Origin: an uncultured Acidobacteriota bacterium
Lineage (GTDB): Bacteria > Acidobacteriota > Thermoanaerobaculia > UBA5066
NCBI GenBank assembly: GCA_963839295.1
Contig: CAWIUK010000002.1
Location: 186,330-250,329, forward strand
Direction: 5' to 3'
DNA length: 64,000 nt
Under the pieces are notes generated by a model. It was not told the DNA's origin. It did not search any database and worked only from the letters and a program-made list of their open reading frames with translations. Made by a program: the position numbers and the translations under genes. Of this stretch, positions 58,666 through 64,000 are shown one piece after another; position 1 is the stretch's first letter; each line of letters starts with the position of its first letter.

Positions 58666-61088
58666 GTGTCGTCCTCCCAGGCTCACTCCGAACTCGACTG
58701 GCCCGGCGTGCTTCGGCTCGCCGGGCGCTTTTGTTCTTCGGAGCGCGGCCGGTCCCGCCTCCTCGCCACGGCGCCGTCCCCCGACCCCTTCGAGGTCGCA
58801 CGGCGTCTCGGCGTCACGCGCGACCTCCAGAGGCGCCGCGCCGTGCGGCCCGCGATCGCGCTCGCGGGCGTGGACGAAGGGGCGCCGCTCGTCGCGCGGC
58901 TCGGCCCCGCGAACCGCGCGCTCAGCCCCGAGGACCTGCTCGACCTGTTCCTCCTCGTCGAGCGCGCGGAGGGCGCGCGCGTCGCCGTCCCCGTCGAGGA
59001 CGCGGAGCTTCCGGACCTGACGGAGCTTCTCCGCCCGCTCGTGTCGTTCGAGGACCTGCTCGCCGAGCGCGAGCCCACGTTCGAGCCAGACGGGCGCGTC
59101 AAGGACACGGCCTCCGCGCGTCTCTACGCGCTGCGTGCCGCGATCCAGCGTCTCCGCCGCGACGTGGTGAGGAAGCTCGACGAGCTCGCGCGCCGGGAGG
59201 GCGACGCGCTCTCCGGCGGTTACGTGACGGAGAAGGGCGGGCGCTACTGCCTCCCCGTGCGCTCGGACCGGCGCGAGGCCGTGCAGGGCCTCGTGCACGA
59301 GAAGTCGGGCTCGGGCCAGACGTTCTTCGTCGAGCCGCTCGCCGTCGTCGAGGACAACAACGCGCTCGCCGAGGCGCTCGAGGAAGAGCGCGAGGAAGTG
59401 CACCGCATTCTCGTCGCCCTCACGGCGCGCTTCTCGCAGCGGAGGGCCGAGCTCCTCGCCGCGGTCGAGATCCTCACCGAGCTCGACGCCGCGCAGGCGC
59501 GTGCCGAGTTCTCGTCGGCCACGGGCGGCGTCTACCCCGAGTTCGGCGACCGTCTCGTCCTGAAGGGGGCGCGCCACCCGCTCCTCGACCGGCGCCTTGC
59601 CCAGCTGCGCGCCGAGGTCTTCGGCGAGGACGAGGAGCGCCACTCCGACGCGGTGCCGCTCGACCTCGAGCTGCCGGAGGGGACGCGGACGCTCCTCCTC
59701 TCGGGTCCGAACGCGGGCGGCAAGAGCGTCGCGATGAAGACGGCCGGGCTCTTCTCGCTCCTCGCGCAGTCGGGCTTCGCGATCCCGGCCGCCGCCGGCT
59801 CGACGCTCCCGGTCTTCGACGCCGTCCTCACCGTCGCGGGCGACGCCCAGGACCTCCTCGGGGACCTCTCGTCCTTCGCCGCCGCGATGACGCGCACGGC
59901 GCGCGTCCTCGCGGGGGCGACGCCGAGGAGCCTCGTCCTCCTCGACGAGCTCGGGAGCGGAACCGACCCCGACGAGGGCGCGGCGCTCGCGATCGCGGTC
60001 CTGCAGGAAGACCTCGCGCGGGGCGGCTTCACCGTCGCGACGACGCACCTCTCCGCCGTCAAAGAGTGGGCGCAGGACCGGCCCGGGGTCCTCTCGGCCG
60101 CGATGGAGTTCGACGAGAAGGCCGGCCGGCCGACGTTCCGAGTGAGGCCCGGCGCGTTCGGCCGCTCGCGGGCGCTCGCCGTGGCCGAGCGCGCGGGCCT
60201 CCCCGCCCGCGTTCTCGCGGCCGCGAAGGCGAGGCTCGGGGACAAGTGGATGGCCGCCGACGCCGCGCTGCAGCGCCTCGAGTCCGAGACGCGCCGCGCG
60301 CGCGAGGAGGCCGACGCCGCGAAGACCGCGGCCCTGAAGGCGCAGGCGCGCCTCGCCGAGCTCGAGAAGGAGCGGGCCGCGCTCGCTCTCGAGCGGGCGA
60401 AGGTGAAGGAGAAGGCGAAGGAGCAGATCGAGAAGGCGCTCCTCGTGCTCCGCGAGAAGACGCGCCAGGAGCTCGAGCGGATGCGCGAGGACCTCAAGGC
60501 GGGCCGCAGCGTCGGCAGGGGCGCGCTCATGACGGTGACCCAGAGCGCGCGCGAGGCCGCGCTCGGCCTCTTCGGCGCGGAGGAGCCCGAGGCGCCGTCC
60601 GGGCCCGTTTCGCCGGGCATGGACGTGAAGGTCGCGCCGTTCGGCTCGGTCGGGCGACTGCTCGCGCTGTCGCCGCGCGGAGAGGCGGAAGTCGAGATCA
60701 AGGGCAAGCGGATGCGCGTGGACGTGAGGTCGCTATCACCTGCGTCCACGGCCCCAATGGGTCGTCCGAACCGCGAAGGCGCAGGCCGCGCGGGCCCGGG
60801 CCGGGGTCTTCCGACCTCGGGCCGGCCTCCCCCGCCGTCGTCGCGACCGCCGAGATCGTTCTCGTCGGCCAGCGCGTGGACGCGGCGCTGCCGCTCGTCG
60901 AGCGCGCGATCAACGACGCGCTCCTTTCGGGCAAGGGCGCGCTCCGCCTCGTCCACGGGCACGGCACGGGCCGCCTCGCGGCCGCCGTGCGGGAGTTCCT
61001 GACGACGCACCCCGGCGTCGCGTCCTTCCGCTACGCGGACGCGTCCGAAGGCGGGCCCGCCGTCACGATCGCGAGGCTCGATGTCTGA
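58666..61088 (+). CDS. mutS2: Endonuclease MutS2, interrupted by a 1-nt frame change before the Smr domain (frameshift, sequencing error or pseudogene)
   Basis: GTG 58666 in the frame of ORF 56338..61002. GPNAGGKS Walker A and LLDELGSGTDP. The Smr domain (LVGQRVDAAL..RLVHGHGTGRL) lies in the frame of ORF 58731..61088. Confidence 0.85.
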
Positions 61089-62904
61089 CCAGCAATACGA
61101 CATCAACGACGACGTCAAGCGCGACGTCCTCGCCGCGACGGACCTCGTCGCGCTGATCGGCGGCTCGACGTCGCTGAAGAAGATGGGGAAGTCGTGGAAG
61201 GGCCTGTGCCCCTTCCACGGCGAGAAGTCGGCGTCGTTCTACGTCCACCCGGACAAGGGCTTCTACTACTGCTTCGGCTGCGGGGCGAAGGGCGACGCGA
61301 TCACGTTCGTGCGCGAGACCGAGCGCATGGACTTCCCGGAGGCCGTTGCCTACCTCGCGCGCCTCGCGGGGGTGACGCTTCCCGTGCGCCGGAGCGGCAC
61401 CCGGGCCGACCGCGGGCGCGACTCGCGCGCCTCCGAGGCGCTCGCGGCGGCGGCGGCCTTCTTCCGGGCGGGCCTCGGCTCGCACCCGGCGGCGCGCGCC
61501 CTGCTCGAGAAGCGCGGCCTCTCGCCCGAGGAGGGCGCGGCGTTCGGGTTCGGCGCGGCGGCCGACTCGTGGGACGCGCTCAAGAACGGCCTCGGCGGCC
61601 GGTTCACGGAGGAGGCGCTCGTGGACGCCGGCCTCCTCCAGAAGAACCCCGAGACGGGCCGCGTCTACGACCGCTTCCGCAACCGCCTCACGGTCGAGAT
61701 CCGCGACCCGCGCGGAGAAGTCCTCGGCTTCGGCGCCCGGGCGTTCGGCGACGAGCAGCCGAAGTACCTGAACTCCCCCGAGACGGCGCGCTTCTCGAAG
61801 GGGAAGCTCCTGTACGGCCTCGACCGCGCGCGCGAGGCGATCCGAAAGGAGGACGCCGTCCTCCTCGTCGAGGGCTACTTCGACCGCATCGCGTGCGAGC
61901 GCGCGGGCCTCGCCTGGGCCGTGGCCTCGATGGGCACCGCGCTCACGCCCGCGCAGGCCGACCTCCTGTCCCGACATGCCGGCACGGTCATCGTCGCTTA
62001 CGACGGCGACCCTCCCGGCGTCGCCGCGTCGTTCAAGGCGTTCCCGCTCCTCCTCGCGCGCGGCGTGAACGTGAAGCTCCTCGCGCTGCCGGACGGGCAC
62101 GACCCCGACTCGTTCCTCGCCGCGCACGGCGCCGAGGCGCTCCGCGCCGAGGTGGTGGCGGCGCGGCCGCTTCTCGACGCGCTCCTCGCCGGGATCCCGC
62201 CGGCCGGGAGCGACGCCGTCGAGCGCGCGGGCAAGCTGCGCGAGGCGGCCGAGATCCTCTCGGCGGCGCCGGACCCGCTCCTCCGAAACGAGTTCCTGAC
62301 GGGGCTCGCCCGCGGCGCGGCCGTCCCTCTCGGGGTGCTTTCCCGGGGGGGCGCGGCAGCCGAGGGGAAGAAAGCCGCCCCTCAGGCGGTTAGGAAGGAC
62401 CCGGTGGCGCCACAACAGGAGCTGCCGGAACAGGAGGCACGGGTTCTTTCCGCCATCCTCTCCGATTGGCCCGAGAGCGCACCGCTCGTGGGGCGCATCC
62501 CGGTCGAGCTTTTTACACATCCAACTGCCCGGGAAGTCTTTACGGCCTTGAAAGAGTTTGCGTCTCAGCCGGGAACCCTTGATTTTTCGTCACTTACGAC
62601 CCATCTTGGGGCGGATGCAGGGCCCGTGGCCGCGCAGCTCCTCCTCAGGGAGGGCAGTCCAAGGGCGGAAGTCGGAGGCGCGGCGGGCTCGGAGGGGCTC
62701 AGCCGCATCCATATCCCGTTGATGCAGTTGAAGATACGCCTGCTGGAGGAGACGGCGAGGAACCTCCAGCCCGAGATCCAGAACGCCTCCTCCGCCGGAG
62801 ACCAGAAGGCCGGCGAAGCCGCGACGAGACGGAAACAGGACCTGGCCGAGGAAATCCGCCGCCTCAAGGCGGAACTCAAAGCCGAGACGCAGAGACGAAT
62901 CTGA
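61081..62904 (+). CDS. dnaG: DNA primase
   Basis: CPFHGEKSASFYVHPDKGFYYCFGCGAKGD zinc finger and Toprim LVEGYFD. 607 aa. Confidence 0.95.
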   Translation: MSDQQYDINDDVKRDVLAATDLVALIGGSTSLKKMGKSWKGLCPFHGEKSASFYVHPDKGFYYCFGCGAKGDAITFVRETERMDFPEAVAYLARLAGVTLPVRRSGTRADRGRDSRASEALAAAAAFFRAGLGSHPAARALLEKRGLSPEEGAAFGFGAAADSWDALKNGLGGRFTEEALVDAGLLQKNPETGRVYDRFRNRLTVEIRDPRGEVLGFGARAFGDEQPKYLNSPETARFSKGKLLYGLDRAREAIRKEDAVLLVEGYFDRIACERAGLAWAVASMGTALTPAQADLLSRHAGTVIVAYDGDPPGVAASFKAFPLLLARGVNVKLLALPDGHDPDSFLAAHGAEALRAEVVAARPLLDALLAGIPPAGSDAVERAGKLREAAEILSAAPDPLLRNEFLTGLARGAAVPLGVLSRGGAAAEGKKAAPQAVRKDPVAPQQELPEQEARVLSAILSDWPESAPLVGRIPVELFTHPTAREVFTALKEFASQPGTLDFSSLTTHLGADAGPVAAQLLLREGSPRAEVGGAAGSEGLSRIHIPLMQLKIRLLEETARNLQPEIQNASSAGDQKAGEAATRRKQDLAEEIRRLKAELKAETQRRI

Positions 62905-62909
62905 GTGAG

Positions 62910-62929
62910 GCGCCCGGGGCCCCGGGCGC
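62910..62929. promoter_or_regulatory. Perfect 20-bp GC palindrome abutting the rpoD ATG
   Basis: GCGCCCGGGGCCCCGGGCGC between the dnaG stop (62904) and ATG 62930. Confidence 0.5.
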
Positions 62930-64000
62930 ATGGGAAGTGAGACACCGGTGACCGTAGAAGAAAAACACCCCGAAGTCCGGACGCTGATCAACCTCGGCAA
63001 GGAGCGCGGGTATCTCCTGTACGACGAGATCTACCAGGCGCTGCCCGAGGAGCTCGCGAACGCTCCGGAGGAGCTCGACGAGATCTACATCCGCTTCGGC
63101 GACTTCGGCATCGAGGTCGTCGACGTCCCCGAAAAGGCGACGAAGAAAGCGGCCGCGCCCGGCACCGAGACGACGGTCCCCGACCCGGCCACCGTCGAGA
63201 AGACGAACGACCCGGTCCGGATGTACCTGCGCGAGATGGGCACGGTGAAGCTCCTCGACCGCGAGGGCGAGGTCTCGATCGCGCGGCGCATCGAGAACGG
63301 CGAGGCGAAGATCTACCGCGCGCTCTCGACGAACCGCGTCGTCCTCGAGGAGATCCTCCGGATCGTCGAGCAGGCCAAGAAGGACAAGAACGTCGCGCGC
63401 GGATTCCTCGAGTTCGCGGCCGCGGCCCTCGAGGACGCCGACGAGATCGACCCGCGCACGGCGCACCGCATCGAGGGCATCCTCGGGCACTTCAAGAAGA
63501 TCGCGAAGATCGACGGCGAGCTGCGCAAGCTCGCCGACAAGAAGCGGCCGGCGGTCAAGCCGAAGCGGCTCACGGTCAAGGCGTTCGCGCAGGCGAAGGC
63601 CCACGCGAAGTCCGGCGGCAAGCCGGTCCCGCCGACGAAGCCCGTGCCCATCGTCGACCCGGCGATCGACCGCCGCATCTCCGAGATCGCGCGCCTCATC
63701 CACGCGATCGACTTCACGCCGGCGACCCTGCTCCGGATGGTGAACATCCTCCGGGACATCGACCGCCAGTTCGCGATGCCCGAGGCCACGATCCGGCAGG
63801 ACCTCGCGAACATCAAGAAGGAGAAGAACGAGGTCCGCCGCGACTTCTACAAGCGCCGCGTCTCCAAGTACCGCCAGATGCTCAAGGACCTGGAGGAGAA
63901 GTACGGCGTCTCGCACGACGAGATCAAGAAGACGATGCGGCAGATCCGCGAGGGCGAGGACGAGGCCGACCAGGCCAAGCAGGAGCTCATCGTCGCGAAC
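62930..64000 (+). CDS. rpoD: RNA polymerase sigma factor RpoD (5' part; runs off the window)
   Basis: Not in the ORF track. My translation: MGSETPVTVEEKHPEVRTLINLGKERGYLLYDEI..NDPVRMYLREMGTVKLLDREGEVSIARRIE..AKQELIVAN. In frame to base 64000. An alternative GTG start is at 62948. Confidence 0.93.
   Translation, partial: MGSETPVTVEEKHPEVRTLINLGKERGYLLYDEIYQALPEELANAPEELDEIYIRFGDFGIEVVDVPEKATKKAAAPGTETTVPDPATVEKTNDPVRMYLREMGTVKLLDREGEVSIARRIENGEAKIYRALSTNRVVLEEILRIVEQAKKDKNVARGFLEFAAAALEDADEIDPRTAHRIEGILGHFKKIAKIDGELRKLADKKRPAVKPKRLTVKAFAQAKAHAKSGGKPVPPTKPVPIVDPAIDRRISEIARLIHAIDFTPATLLRMVNILRDIDRQFAMPEATIRQDLANIKKEKNEVRRDFYKRRVSKYRQMLKDLEEKYGVSHDEIKKTMRQIREGEDEADQAKQELIVAN

Overview
Very GC-rich (about 70% by eye, not computed) bacterial chromosomal window, densely coding on both strands. 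I support 59 protein-coding genes. Two are cut by the window edges and are missing from the supplied ORF track: 1..1760 (-) and rpoD 62930..64000 (+). I found no rRNA, tRNA, CRISPR array, IS element or prophage. Most long Arg/Pro/Gly-rich ORFs in the track are antisense or out-of-frame shadows typical of high-GC DNA.

The backbone is housekeeping: dprA-topA, trmFO-(cytochrome c)-xerC-hslV-hslU, dapF/mpl, erpA-MFS-sufT, nrdJ, a PDT-DAHPS-CM aromatic fusion gene, a Fur-family regulator, photolyase, Slt, and an rpsU-mutS2-dnaG-rpoD operon. Many neighbouring genes are coupled by 4-nt ATGA/GTGA (possibly CTGA) start/stop overlaps.

The most interesting region is 34.9-42.8 kb. A sensor kinase carries two c-type heme motifs in its periplasmic loop. 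An archaemetzincin gene sits between the kinase and a sigma-54 NtrC-type response regulator. A well-spaced -24/-12 promoter follows, then a compact operon: a small Cys protein, a 27-aa transmembrane micro-ORF, a Tat-exported 4x[4Fe-4S] HybA-like protein, an NrfD/HybB-like membrane protein, a triheme cytochrome c, and two membrane-tethered GcvH-fold proteins lacking the lipoyl-lysine. I cannot assign this composition to any characterised respiratory complex.

Other notable items:
- a candidate Phe/Tyr leader-peptide attenuator upstream of the tri-domain aromatic-biosynthesis gene
- a frame break separating MutS2 from its Smr domain
- two genes (MFS transporter, Slt) whose only plausible start is CTG

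Lineage (Acidobacteriota- or Myxococcota-like gene content) is inference only. All family calls rest on motifs I recognise in the translations, not on database searches.
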